This document shows positions 49,183-59,005 of a DNA stretch of 64,000 nucleotides, piece after piece (position 1 is the first letter of the stretch; each line of letters begins with the position of its first letter). The notes under the pieces are model-generated. The model was given only the letters and a program-made list of their open reading frames with translations. It made no database searches and was not told where the DNA came from. Both the position numbers and the translations under genes were made by a program. Origin of the DNA: a bacterium (lineage in GTDB: Bacteria > UBA8248); the NCBI GenBank assembly GCA_965219955.1, contig OZ244799.1:1984001-2048000 (forward strand), in the 5' to 3' direction.

Positions 49183-49545
49183 TTGGACTGGATAGGGGCG
49201 GGACTTCTGGTATTGGGCGCTATCGTGGGCACCTTGAACGCAGCCACCGGCGTGGGCTGGGGCATCATCGTGGTGCCGACGCTGTTCCTCATCCCCTCGC
49301 TCACGCCCCAGCAGGCGGTGGCGGTCTCGATTCTCGCCTACCTGTTCAACTCGCTGGTCGCCTCGTTCGAGAACGTGCGAGGCGGGCTAATTGTCTGGAA
49401 TTACGCGGTTTACCTGAGCATCGGCGCGGTCGTGGGCGGCGTAGTGGGTGCGCATCTGCTCCAGACCTTCTCGGCCCTCACGCTCAAGAGAATCGTGGGC
49501 GTGGCGGTGATAGCAGCGGGCGCGCAACTGCTCATCAACCGCTGA
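49183..49545 (+). CDS. Half-size TSUP (TauE/SafE) family membrane protein
   Basis: AAGGAG RBS, G..NAATGVGWGIIVVP motif, about four TM helices, 120 aa. Confidence 0.75.
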   Translation: MDWIGAGLLVLGAIVGTLNAATGVGWGIIVVPTLFLIPSLTPQQAVAVSILAYLFNSLVASFENVRGGLIVWNYAVYLSIGAVVGGVVGAHLLQTFSALTLKRIVGVAVIAAGAQLLINR

Positions 49546-49549
49546 AACA

Positions 49550-49575
49550 AAACCCCCCGCTCCGGCGAGGGGTTT
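49550..49575. terminator. Putative intrinsic terminator hairpin
   Basis: AAACCCCCCGC-TCCG-GCGAGGGGTTT immediately after the stop codon. Confidence 0.55.
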
Positions 49576-49822
49576 GATACCGCTTGCGCCTCATGAACTC
49601 ACGACTGCCCTGATAGAACAGATAAAATACGCGAAATCAAAGGATTACGGGATTTACCTCATATGATTCATCGATCGGCTATCCCAGCAGCTTCCTCTTC
49701 ATCCACATGAAAACCCGCGCCACGGCGGAGAACAACCCGACGGCTCAGGTGGGGCAGGCGTGTTGCTCGGGCGGCATTTCGTGCTTTTCATCCACCGGCT
49801 TCGGCGTGCGGGTCTCCAAGGT

Positions 49823-50176
49823 TCAGCCCTCTCTTTCTTCTGAGCTTCCGGCGCGCTCGGGAGCGATTTCGTAAAGATAATCAAACGAATAGATGCCAGC
49901 CCCGCACCCGCCCCGCCAGATGAAGTTGATGGCGTAGCGCCCCACCATCTCGACGTTCTCAAGCTCAGTCGGCCCACTCGGCCCCGAGAGAACGGTGAGG
50001 GGGTTTTTCTCGCGCGCCTTGCGCTCCTCCTTGCAATTCGCGCACGGGCAAAGGGCTGCGAGATAATCGAATCCGTAGGCGCTCTTCTCTCCGCTCGCCC
50101 ACTCGACGCGAAACTCGCGGGCGGGCTTGTCCACCGTGAGATCGACGGGATGGGCCTTGTCGTCCAGTCCGCTCAT
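49823..50176 (-). CDS. DUF971 / GBBH N-terminal-like protein
   Basis: CPCANC, VGRYA and GIYSFDYL motifs. Confidence 0.88.
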   Translation of the reverse strand: MSGLDDKAHPVDLTVDKPAREFRVEWASGEKSAYGFDYLAALCPCANCKEERKAREKNPLTVLSGPSGPTELENVEMVGRYAINFIWRGGCGAGIYSFDYLYEIAPERAGSSEEREG

Positions 50177-50205
50177 AAGCCGGTAACCTTTTGTTGTATT
50201 GGCGA

Positions 50206-50865
50206 TTATCTCGCCTTCATCCCGTATTTCTCGTACTTCTTGGACGAGGCGGTACCGAGCTTGGCGGATTGGGGCGTCTTGAGTTCGAGCAGCCAGGGCC
50301 GCTCGGCCGAGGTGGCCCGCACGGCGTCGAGGAGCCCCTGCTCATCGCCTTCGCTCTCCCAATCGCCCTCTTCGAGCTTCACGAAAACGGGTTTGCCCTC
50401 GCCGAAATCGAGCGTGGGAACGCCGAAAATGCCCTGCTCGGCCGCGTCCTCATGCTCTTGCGCGATGAGGGGGATGGTGGCGCCGCTTTTCATGTCCTCC
50501 TCCCAGCGTTCGACGTCCAAGCCCACTTCCACGGCGATATCGCGCAGAACCAGTTCACTGGTGATGTCCTTGCCGTCCTGGTGTCTCGCCCGGTGGAGCG
50601 CCACGTGGTATTTATCGAACTGCGTCTCGCCCTGCAAGGCAGCGCACTTGGCAGCCTGATGCGGGGGGAGATCCCTGCTCGGGAAGGTCTTGTCCTCCCA
50701 GGCCTTCCAGTCTTCGCCCCGCGAGGGGCCGAAATTCGCCTGCTCGAGCACGAAGGCCTTGTAATCCACTTTCAGATCGCTTCTTTTCTCCTGAAGACGA
50801 ACGAGCCACTCCATGGCTCTGTAGGCGTAGGGTCAGACGTAGCAGTTCCACATGGTGACGTTCAT
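50206..50865 (-). CDS. DsbA/FrnE-like thioredoxin-fold probable selenoprotein (CxxU)
   Basis: GAGGAG RBS; ATG 50865 reads MNVTMWNCYV-TGA-PYAY in frame with the downstream ORF, which contains GIFGVPT (cis-Pro loop). Confidence 0.85.
50803..50819 (-). promoter_or_regulatory. Putative bacterial SECIS hairpin
   Basis: GAGCCA-TGGAG-TGGCTC stem-loop starting 13 nt 3' of the in-frame UGA. Confidence 0.65.
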
Positions 50866-50973
50866 GATTTTCTCCTCAAGATGAGCCGTAAAGAGACATT
50901 GCGCGCCAATCATACACCACAAGAACACAGATGAAAAAGCAGCGCAAAATCTTTTGAAAACAGCCGAATTCCG

Positions 50974-51573
50974 CTAATTTTCCGGCGCGAGCGCCCTGTT
51001 CAACAGCGCCTCCGCACCCGCATCGAGAGAAAGCTCCCTGGCGGCCTCCTGCCCGCGCGCGGACATTTTTACCCAGGTTTTCCGCAAGATGCCGATGATT
51101 TTCTCCTCATCATGAAGCCGTGAAAAATCCCAGAAATAGCTTTCCAGAAACACCAGACAGGCGACGTCCTCGAGCATCTGGGTTTCCGGGCTTGATTTCA
51201 ATCTCTGTTTTTTCAACATCTTCCGCACCCGGGCTATCGTTTCCTCATCGTAACCCACCTCCTCAAGAATCCCGGCGGCTTTCTCCCCATGATAGTCGTA
51301 GAGGCGGGTCCGCCATTGGTGATACCCCTTTCGACCCAGAGGGTAATCCGAGCGAGGAATCTCCCATCTGCATATATGCTGGCTCCGAACAGCCAGACGA
51401 AGGGCCTCCGAGGCTTGCGGCTCGATGGTTTCGAGCCATCTCGTCATTCTCATCGAATACAAAAGCTCTTTGGGGTAATCCTCGCCCTCGAAACTCTCGG
51501 TATTCGGATCCTCGGAATTCGCTTCATCGATGAGACGCAGAGCATCTTCAAGACGTTTGGGATCTTCACTCAT
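50974..51573 (-). CDS. DUF4202 domain protein
   Basis: IDEANSEDPN, QHICRWEIPR..YP, LEDVACLVFL and KTW.KMS motifs. Confidence 0.87.
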   Translation of the reverse strand: MSEDPKRLEDALRLIDEANSEDPNTESFEGEDYPKELLYSMRMTRWLETIEPQASEALRLAVRSQHICRWEIPRSDYPLGRKGYHQWRTRLYDYHGEKAAGILEEVGYDEETIARVRKMLKKQRLKSSPETQMLEDVACLVFLESYFWDFSRLHDEEKIIGILRKTWVKMSARGQEAARELSLDAGAEALLNRALAPEN

Positions 51574-51653
51574 GATTTACACCTTCTCGGTTGCGATAAG
51601 CATCAACAGAATCATTCCAGACAAGATAACTCCAGAATAAACGCTTGCTTGGG

Positions 51654-51711
51654 TTGACAAAAGCAGGAGAGTAAAATATTTTTCTGAAAATGTTAAGTGT
51701 TTTACTTAACA
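51654..51711 (+). promoter_or_regulatory. Promoter and palindromic operator upstream of cobA
   Basis: TTGACA-17 bp-TATTTT followed by TGTTAAGT-N5-ACTTAACA (51691-51711). Confidence 0.6.
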
Positions 51712-51749
51712 ATAAAAAGAAAAATTGATTTTTATACGGGAATCTCTAC

Positions 51750-52559
51750 ATGTATCAAGGAAAAGTTCAGATTGTGGGAGCAGGCCCTGGAGATCCGGAC
51801 TTGCTTACACTCAAGGCGGCAAAAGCTCTCTCAAATGCAGACTTGGTGGTTTATGATCGTCTTGTGAACCCCGAAGTTCTTGAACTTTGCCCGGAAAACT
51901 GCCAACTCATCAATGCGGGAAAATCCAGCGGTCGACACACCATGAGCCAAGATGACATCAACGCAGCTCTAATCCATTTCGCTCAGCGCGGTTATCAAGT
52001 GGTGCGTCTAAAAGGCGGGGACCCTTTCGTGTTCGGTCGTGGCGGCGAGGAAGCGCAGGCACTGGCAGATGCCGGTATTGATTTTGAAATCATACCAGGC
52101 ATCAGTTCCGCTTTAGCTGTGCCCGCCTATGCCGGAATACCCGTCACACACCGAAAGCTCGCCTCGTCGTTCACGGTCGTAACTGCACATGAAGACCCCG
52201 GAAAACCAGAAACGCAAGTGGATTACGCGTACTTGGCGAAGAACAGGGGGACGCTTGTTTTCCTCATGGGCGCGCGCTCCATCGGACGCATATCATCCGC
52301 TTTGATGGAAAACGGCATGTCGAAAGACACGCCCGCCGCCATCATTGAAAATGGAACCACAAACAGGCAGTTGGCCTACCGATGTTCTTTGGAAGAAGCA
52401 TCCAGCCTCGCGCAACGCGAAGAAATATCCCCCCCCGCTGTTTTTCTCGTCGGACCCGTCGCCGGTCTTGAAGACCTCGTTTGGTTCGAGGCCGACGAGA
52501 GTCAAGAAATCTCCTGGCGCTGTTCCACGGAAGACCCCCTGAGCAAAGTCATTTCGTAA
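51750..52559 (+). CDS. cobA: Uroporphyrinogen-III C-methyltransferase
   Basis: VGAGPGDPDLLT, RLKGGDPFVFGRGGEE and GIPVTHR motifs. Confidence 0.95.
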   Translation: MYQGKVQIVGAGPGDPDLLTLKAAKALSNADLVVYDRLVNPEVLELCPENCQLINAGKSSGRHTMSQDDINAALIHFAQRGYQVVRLKGGDPFVFGRGGEEAQALADAGIDFEIIPGISSALAVPAYAGIPVTHRKLASSFTVVTAHEDPGKPETQVDYAYLAKNRGTLVFLMGARSIGRISSALMENGMSKDTPAAIIENGTTNRQLAYRCSLEEASSLAQREEISPPAVFLVGPVAGLEDLVWFEADESQEISWRCSTEDPLSKVIS

Positions 52560-52627
52560 ATGCCGGGCTTTAGCCCGGACCATCATTCATTATCCAACAT
52601 GTACGTAGCCGTTCACGTAAGGAGTAA

Positions 52628-54430
52628 GTGATGCACGAAGAATCACGAAAACCATTGTCTCGGGAAACAGGCGTCATTCCGGTGATTCCCGAAGAATTCG
52701 ATGATTTTGAAACACAAGCCACCAGATTCCGAAACGGGGAACTCGATAACAGCGAGTTTCTCCCCTATCGCTTAAGGCGCGGCGTATATGGCCAGCGCCA
52801 GGCGGACGCACAGATGGTGCGCGTGAAAATTCCTTTCGGCGGCCTGAGCGCTTCCCAACTCGAAGCCCTGGGGCGTGTATCGCGTGATTACGTGCCGTTG
52901 GGAAAAGGTCACGTGACGACACGGGAAAACGTGCAGTTTCATTTCGTTCCTCTCGACCAGTCCGCCGATGTCCTGAGGCTTCTGGGCGAAGTAGGACTGA
53001 CCACGCGGGAAGCATGTGGAAATTGCGTGAGAAACGTCACCGGTTGTCCCTATGCGGGCGTTTGCAAGGATCAGGTTTTCGACGCTACTCCCTATGCAGG
53101 CGCATTTGCGCGTTACTTCGTCCGCAGAGATTTCACACAGGACCTGCCGCGCAAATTCAAGGTGGCGTTCTCGAGTTGCGCTTCGGACTGCGTGGTCGGC
53201 GGAATTCATGACATCGGGTTCATCCCGGTTATCAAGGAGATGGAAGGAACTCCCGTGCATGGCTTCAAGATGCTTGTCGGAGGCGGACTCGCTACTTTCG
53301 CGCGTACCGCCGAGGTGCTTTACGAGTTCGTTCCGGTGTCCGATTTCCTGAGGGTGAGTGAAGCCCTCATCCGGGTTTTCGACCAGGCTGCTGAACTTCG
53401 CAAATCCCGCTTCAAGGCGCGCATCAAGTTCCTCGTAAGCTGGATAGGGATAGACGGGCTGCGAGAACGCGTCGAGGAAGAACTCAAAAAGGACTGGGCG
53501 AAAGATCCCGTCAGTCCCGAACCTTATCTTTGGAAAGATGATGAAGAAACCGACGCTCCACCCGTCTTGAATACCCTGAACGGGGCGGGAGCCAGCCCGA
53601 ATGGCGACGCTGCGGATTATCACGCCTGGAGAAAAACGAACGTCACCGCACAGAGGCAAGAAGGCTACTTCGCCGTCGATGTAAAACTCCCGTTGGGGAA
53701 CATCCATACGGATCAGTTCTTCGCCCTGGCCGACCTCACCCGGCGTTTCGCGAGAGGGCGCGCAAGAACGAGTTTCGAGCAAAACCTCGTGCTCAGGTGG
53801 GTGCGCGAAGGCGAACTTTACCCCCTCTGGAAAGAGCTTCAGAGAATCGGGCTCGCCGAAAAAGGGGCCAGAGAGATATCCGACGTGGTTTCCTGCCCGG
53901 GAACGGATTCATGCAAACTCGGCATCACCTCTTCCATGGGCCTGGCAAACGCCATTCGTGAAACACTTCATGAGATTGATCAGGATCCTCTTACGCGGGA
54001 GATGCACATCAAGATGAGCGGTTGCCCGAATTCCTGCGGGCAACACCACATCGCCAACATCGGGTTTCACGGGGGGACGCTCAAGGCGAACGGCGCGATG
54101 CTGCCCGCTTATGAAATTTTCCTCGGCGGTCAATACGATGGCACCGACGGAGAAATCCGCATCGGAAAACGCATCCAGGTTCGGATTCCGGCAAAACGCG
54201 TTCCTGCTGCACTCAAGAAAATGTTGTCCCACTACCAGGAAAACAGAAACGAGAGCGAGCGATTCAGCGAGTTTTTGGATCGTGTGGGGAGTGCGTCCTT
54301 TGAAGACTTGCTGCAGGAGTTTCACCTGGCCGGTCAGTTCAACGACGAGCCCGATTCCGATTTGTTCATCGACTGGAGTCAGGACAGGCAATACGTTCTG
54401 GAAAGAGGAGAAGGCGAATGCCTGGCCTAG
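52628..54430 (+). CDS. Siroheme nitrite/sulfite reductase
   Basis: TTRENVQ, LPRKFK, CPGTDSC and SGCPNSCGQH motifs. Confidence 0.93.
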   Translation: MMHEESRKPLSRETGVIPVIPEEFDDFETQATRFRNGELDNSEFLPYRLRRGVYGQRQADAQMVRVKIPFGGLSASQLEALGRVSRDYVPLGKGHVTTRENVQFHFVPLDQSADVLRLLGEVGLTTREACGNCVRNVTGCPYAGVCKDQVFDATPYAGAFARYFVRRDFTQDLPRKFKVAFSSCASDCVVGGIHDIGFIPVIKEMEGTPVHGFKMLVGGGLATFARTAEVLYEFVPVSDFLRVSEALIRVFDQAAELRKSRFKARIKFLVSWIGIDGLRERVEEELKKDWAKDPVSPEPYLWKDDEETDAPPVLNTLNGAGASPNGDAADYHAWRKTNVTAQRQEGYFAVDVKLPLGNIHTDQFFALADLTRRFARGRARTSFEQNLVLRWVREGELYPLWKELQRIGLAEKGAREISDVVSCPGTDSCKLGITSSMGLANAIRETLHEIDQDPLTREMHIKMSGCPNSCGQHHIANIGFHGGTLKANGAMLPAYEIFLGGQYDGTDGEIRIGKRIQVRIPAKRVPAALKKMLSHYQENRNESERFSEFLDRVGSASFEDLLQEFHLAGQFNDEPDSDLFIDWSQDRQYVLERGEGECLA

Positions 54431-54870
54431 AAAAACAATTGGAATTTCTGGACGATACGCCCGAGGACCAGATAAAAACTGCTGTCTTGCTCATCGGTCA
54501 CGGCAGTCGCGCGCAAAACGCCAACGAAGCGCTGTTCCTCGTCGTGGAGCATTTTCAAAAAGCATGGCCGCATCGCATATTGAAAGCCGCTTTCCTGGAG
54601 ATCAGTTACCCCTCCATTCCAGAGGGAATCGACTTGTGCGTAGCGAAAGGGGCTGAGAGAATCATCGTCATCCCTTACTTTCTTTTCAGGGGCAATCACG
54701 TGAAAGTGGACTTGCCCGTCTTCATCAATGAAGGCCGGAGGAAATATCCGGATATCGACGTCATTTTGGGCCCGCATCTCGGCTTTCATCCCAAGATGAT
54801 CGAGATCGTCGATGAACGAATCCAACAGGTGTTGGACACGCTAAAATTCGAGGAGAATGTGCTCTCATGA
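54418..54870 (+). CDS. Sirohydrochlorin chelatase (SirB/CbiX family)
   Basis: IGHGSR, AFLE and PYFLFRGNH motifs. Confidence 0.9.
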   Translation: MPGLEKQLEFLDDTPEDQIKTAVLLIGHGSRAQNANEALFLVVEHFQKAWPHRILKAAFLEISYPSIPEGIDLCVAKGAERIIVIPYFLFRGNHVKVDLPVFINEGRRKYPDIDVILGPHLGFHPKMIEIVDERIQQVLDTLKFEENVLS

Positions 54871-55841
54871 GTGGCCAAAACGGATCCGCCCGCCCCATCG
54901 CCATTTATTATGAACACCCCGAGTGGTTCAAAAAGCTCTTTGATGAACTCGACAGGCGAGATGTGGCATATGAAAAAATAGAAGCCCACAACCATCGCTT
55001 CGATCCGACCGAAACCGAATCGCCTTATTCTGTGATTGTGAACCGCATGAGTCCATCCGCATGGGCGCGCGGGCATACACATGCGATTCCCTACACGCTG
55101 GAATATTGCGCGCACCTCAAAGCGATTGGCGCCAACGTGATCAACGGTTATGAGGCCTATCTCCATGAATTCTCAAAAGTGCGGCAAACCCGTTTGCTCA
55201 AGAGTTTGGGCGTTAATCATCCGAGGTCACGGGTGATCAATCATCCCTCACAAGCTCCTGCAGCAGCCCAGGGATTGAGTTTCCCTGTTATTACGAAGGC
55301 GAACATTGGCGGAAGCGGTGCCGGTATACAAAAGTACGATACGCCTGAAGAACTCCAGAGAGCGGCGGATGAAGCGAGTATTGACTTCGGTATCGACAAT
55401 GTAGTGCTCGTGCAAGAATACATCCCGCCCCGTGGAGAACAAATTGTCCGCATCGAGGTTTTGAACAGCAAGTTTCTATATGCGATCCAATTGGCCTTGG
55501 TGGACCCGAATTCATTTAACCTATGCCCGGGCAGTTACTGCCGCCGCAACGAGGAGGTCGCGTGCGGGGTAAACGGCAGAAACGCCTTGATTGAGAAGGT
55601 CACGCCACCACGAGAGGTAATAGACACGGTCGAGAAAATCATGCAAACAGCGGGCATAGAGGTCGGCGGCATCGAATATCTGGTGAGCGATAAAGATGGG
55701 GAAATCTATTATTACGACATCAATGCGCTCTCGAATTTCGTGGACGATGCGCAAAATATGATCGGCTTCGACCCCTGGCCGCTGATGGCCGACTTCATCC
55801 TCGAACGCGCGCAGCACCCTTCTCCTGCGCTGAGCATTTAG
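54867..55841 (+). CDS. ATP-grasp ligase (RimK/GshB-like)
   Basis: KANIGGSG, LVQEYIP and YYDINALSNF motifs. Confidence 0.85.
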   Translation: MSGQNGSARPIAIYYEHPEWFKKLFDELDRRDVAYEKIEAHNHRFDPTETESPYSVIVNRMSPSAWARGHTHAIPYTLEYCAHLKAIGANVINGYEAYLHEFSKVRQTRLLKSLGVNHPRSRVINHPSQAPAAAQGLSFPVITKANIGGSGAGIQKYDTPEELQRAADEASIDFGIDNVVLVQEYIPPRGEQIVRIEVLNSKFLYAIQLALVDPNSFNLCPGSYCRRNEEVACGVNGRNALIEKVTPPREVIDTVEKIMQTAGIEVGGIEYLVSDKDGEIYYYDINALSNFVDDAQNMIGFDPWPLMADFILERAQHPSPALSI

Positions 55842-55893
55842 CGCTCAGGTCAAAGCGCCTTGATGGGCTCGTATACTTCTCTATAATCGAAGT

Positions 55894-56790
55894 GTGTTAG
55901 AGACAGCCGCCGTATACGCCCTCATATCAGCAGTTCTGCTTGCGCTAAGGGATATCTTCGGACGCTTCGCGATCCGGGGCATAGACCCCATCACCGGAAC
56001 GGCCTTCACCGCCATCATCGGCCTGCCCGTTCTTTGGATTGTATCCGCTGTGCGAGGAGATTTTTCGGACCCCTGGCCGGGCTTCGGCTGGCCTCTTCTT
56101 TTCATAGCCGTCGCAGGGATTTTCAGGGTCTGCGTTGCGCGCACCATGCTCTTCGCCGCCACGCAGCACATCGGGTCTGCTCGCACAAGCACCATCGTCG
56201 CGACGAATATGATATTCGCCGTATTCTTCGGCGTCGCCTTGCTGGGAGAGGCGCTCACTATCACCATCGGGCTGGGCGCCCTGCTCGTGTTTAGCGGTTA
56301 CATCTTCATCGCCAGGAGTCATCCCAATCATCAGGGGGGTGAATCTCCCAAAAGCCAGTATATCGGAATGGGATTGGCTCTTGGCTGCGCGCTGGCCTTC
56401 GGAGCGGCCGCGGTGCTTGTGCGACCCGCGGTCGGGTTCTTCACCTCAGCCAATGAAGCGAACTTTTATTCCAACATTTTCGCGGTAGCGGCTTTTTTGC
56501 CTTTGCTCTGCCGCAAAGGCAAAATAAGTGCAATCAAAAGCTGGACCCCGAGCAATTGGGGGTTTCTCGTTCTGGCCGGCCTATCCGCAAGCCTTGGCGT
56601 CACGTTTTTGTATCTTGCGCTGGCGAACGCGCCCGTCGTCTATTCCTTCCCTATCTCTCAGTCAAGGCCTTTGTTCGCCATCGCGATTTCATGGGCTTTT
56701 CTTCAGTCGGAAGAGAGAATGAACTGGCGCGTCGTGGCCGGCGCGATCGCAATTTTTACTGGCACGGTTACTCTGATTTTCAACGGATAA
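55894..56790 (+). CDS. DMT/EamA family transporter
   Basis: About ten TM helices in two repeats, each with an LGE/SEE-type ending. Confidence 0.85.
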   Translation: MLETAAVYALISAVLLALRDIFGRFAIRGIDPITGTAFTAIIGLPVLWIVSAVRGDFSDPWPGFGWPLLFIAVAGIFRVCVARTMLFAATQHIGSARTSTIVATNMIFAVFFGVALLGEALTITIGLGALLVFSGYIFIARSHPNHQGGESPKSQYIGMGLALGCALAFGAAAVLVRPAVGFFTSANEANFYSNIFAVAAFLPLLCRKGKISAIKSWTPSNWGFLVLAGLSASLGVTFLYLALANAPVVYSFPISQSRPLFAIAISWAFLQSEERMNWRVVAGAIAIFTGTVTLIFNG

Positions 56791-56959
56791 GGCAGCTTGG
56801 CAATTCCATGAAACACCTATGGAGTCAACTTTTCATTTCCATGTTTTAAAATCGTGCGCTGGTCTGGAAGAGGAAAAAACCAGTTGCGGAAGGTCAAACC
56901 TTGGGATACATTTGAATGAAATTACTAAGTTGCCCCTCCATCAAGGAGAACTCCACGAC

Positions 56960-57298
56960 ATGATGAACATCGGGGAAGAAAAAGCGGATTCTGTTGTCAT
57001 CGTTGCGATTGAAGGGCGCGTCGACGGTCTCACTGCACCGGAACTGGAAAACCGGATTTCGGAAATCGTCGACCGTGGTGATGCCCAGGTTCTACTTGAT
57101 TGCGCAGGAATGACATATGTCAGTAGCGCCGGTCTGCGCATATTTCTCACAGGCGCGAGAAAATGCCAGCAAAGCGGAGGCAATTTGATGATCTGCTCGT
57201 TACAGCCCGATTGCAAGTCAGTAATAGAAACCAGCGGTTTCCATACCGTAATCGATTGCCACGACACTCGAGAGGCAGCCCTCGCGGCTGCTTCATAA
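56960..57298 (+). CDS. STAS domain anti-sigma factor antagonist
   Basis: EGRVD..TAP and YVSSAGLR motifs. Confidence 0.9.
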   Translation: MMNIGEEKADSVVIVAIEGRVDGLTAPELENRISEIVDRGDAQVLLDCAGMTYVSSAGLRIFLTGARKCQQSGGNLMICSLQPDCKSVIETSGFHTVIDCHDTREAALAAAS

Positions 57299-57309
57299 AG
57301 GAGCGCTCC

Positions 57310-57963
57310 ATGCTGACATTTGTCGATGAAATCCTGTTGCTGATGCTGGATGACGAAAAAGGCTCGTTCCTCCCCATCCGCGAAAGCACGATGGGATATG
57401 TGCTCGCGGGCGCCGTTCTCATGGATCTGGCCTTTGCAAACCGCATCGACACCGACCCCAACCAGTTGATGGTTCTGGACAAAACGCCGATTGGCCACTC
57501 GCCGCATGACCGGATTCTCGAAAATATCGCGTCTTCCAGCGAAACCAGGGATACGAAGGCCTGGATTGAAACGATCTCCCGTGAGGCCGGTGAAATCCGC
57601 GAGCAGTCACTCGCCAGCTTGGTAGATACCGGCATTTTAGAATCCCAGGAGGAAAAGTTTCTTTGGGTCTTCCGGGCGCGGAGATACCCGACGATCGACG
57701 GTCGCGCCGAGCGCGAAGTGAAGTTGCGCATCACCGGCGTCCTGCTATCGGATGAAACTCCGGATCCCAAAGATGTCGCTCTGATCTGCCTTGCCGATGC
57801 ATGCAATATTCTGCGCGACGTGTTTTCCGACAGGGAGATCAATCGCATCCGCCCTCGTATCGATCAGATTCGGAAGCTGGATCTCATCGGACGTGAAGTC
57901 AGTGGAGCGATTCAGGAAATCGAACAAGCGATCATGGCGGCGATGACGCATGCTCACCACTAG
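57310..57963 (+). CDS. GPP34/GOLPH3-like family protein
   Basis: MLT..EILLL.LDD..G, LAGAVLMDL and RYP motifs. Confidence 0.85.
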   Translation: MLTFVDEILLLMLDDEKGSFLPIRESTMGYVLAGAVLMDLAFANRIDTDPNQLMVLDKTPIGHSPHDRILENIASSSETRDTKAWIETISREAGEIREQSLASLVDTGILESQEEKFLWVFRARRYPTIDGRAEREVKLRITGVLLSDETPDPKDVALICLADACNILRDVFSDREINRIRPRIDQIRKLDLIGREVSGAIQEIEQAIMAAMTHAHH

Positions 57964-58094
57964 AAATCGCGGATTTTGAGCACCTCTGAGGTGAAGAGCA
58001 TCAACAGCTTCCATTCATAGACGGTCGATTCGGAAAGGTTTTCCCATTTCCTTAGTCGCTAGCGTCATTTTCGAAAGCGCCATATGCCTTTTGC

Positions 58095-58553
58095 CTAAAT
58101 ATTTCCGCTATCCCGCCTGCGCACCAAATTCACGGACCGCATCGAGAGCACCAGTTCGTTTTCCTGGTTGTATGTCCTGAATTCCATGAGGACAATTCCT
58201 CGTCCAGCTTCCGAGCGGGACGCTCTCGTCTCGATGACTTCCGCTTCGACCCGCAATGTGTCTCCGGGACGAACGGGCTTTATCCAGCGGATGGAATCCA
58301 TGCCGGGCGATCCCATCCCCGTGGTCCCGATAACGCCCGTATCAAGAAACAGACGAAACGAAGTCCCTATCGTATGGAACCCACTGGCGATGATGCCGCC
58401 ATATGGAGACTCGGCCGCTGCGCTCTCATCGATATGGAACGGCTGCGGGTCGTACAACTCGGCAAATTCTATGATTTCTTCGGTCGAGAGCGTTTTCTCT
58501 TTCGTATGAAACTTCTCCCCAACCCTGAAATCCTCAAAATATTTTTCTCTCAT
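58095..58553 (-). CDS. MaoC family dehydratase
   Basis: YFEDF, DPQPFH, IASGFHT and PVRPGD motifs. Confidence 0.92.
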   Translation of the reverse strand: MREKYFEDFRVGEKFHTKEKTLSTEEIIEFAELYDPQPFHIDESAAAESPYGGIIASGFHTIGTSFRLFLDTGVIGTTGMGSPGMDSIRWIKPVRPGDTLRVEAEVIETRASRSEAGRGIVLMEFRTYNQENELVLSMRSVNLVRRRDSGNI

Positions 58554-58577
58554 CAAATTCAACCTTGAAATTCCATG

Positions 58578-58976
58578 TTATGCCGAGTCCCCGGGATATT
58601 TTTTCTCTGCTTCCTCGGCTCCTTGCGCCAAATTGTAATCCTCATCCAGCTCTCCCGTTCCAGCCGGAAACTTCACGGTGAAGAAAGTGGCTTCCCCATC
58701 GACAGCCCGGCTCCTGTGGTTCGTAAACCTGGGAATGTGGATCAAATCGCCACGCTCAACAATCTTGTCTTCTTCCCCAAGTATATAGTGCAGCTTGCCA
58801 TCCAGAATCAGCGTAAACTGCTCTTCGTTCGGGTGCATGTGCAGCGGAGGACCCTCTCCCTCCGGCTTCGTGACTATGCCAACCTTCATGAATTCGCCCG
58901 CAACGCTTTTCGCCCTGACTTTGGGATTCGTCTTGCTGTTGCTTTCTTTCATTCCTTCGATTTCATAAAAAGGCAT
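58578..58976 (-). CDS. Cupin domain protein
   Basis: HMHPNEEQ...H motif. Confidence 0.88.
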   Translation of the reverse strand: MPFYEIEGMKESNSKTNPKVRAKSVAGEFMKVGIVTKPEGEGPPLHMHPNEEQFTLILDGKLHYILGEEDKIVERGDLIHIPRFTNHRSRAVDGEATFFTVKFPAGTGELDEDYNLAQGAEEAEKKYPGDSA

Positions 58977-59005
58977 GCGTATTCCTTTCTGTTTCTTTGA
59001 AAGAC

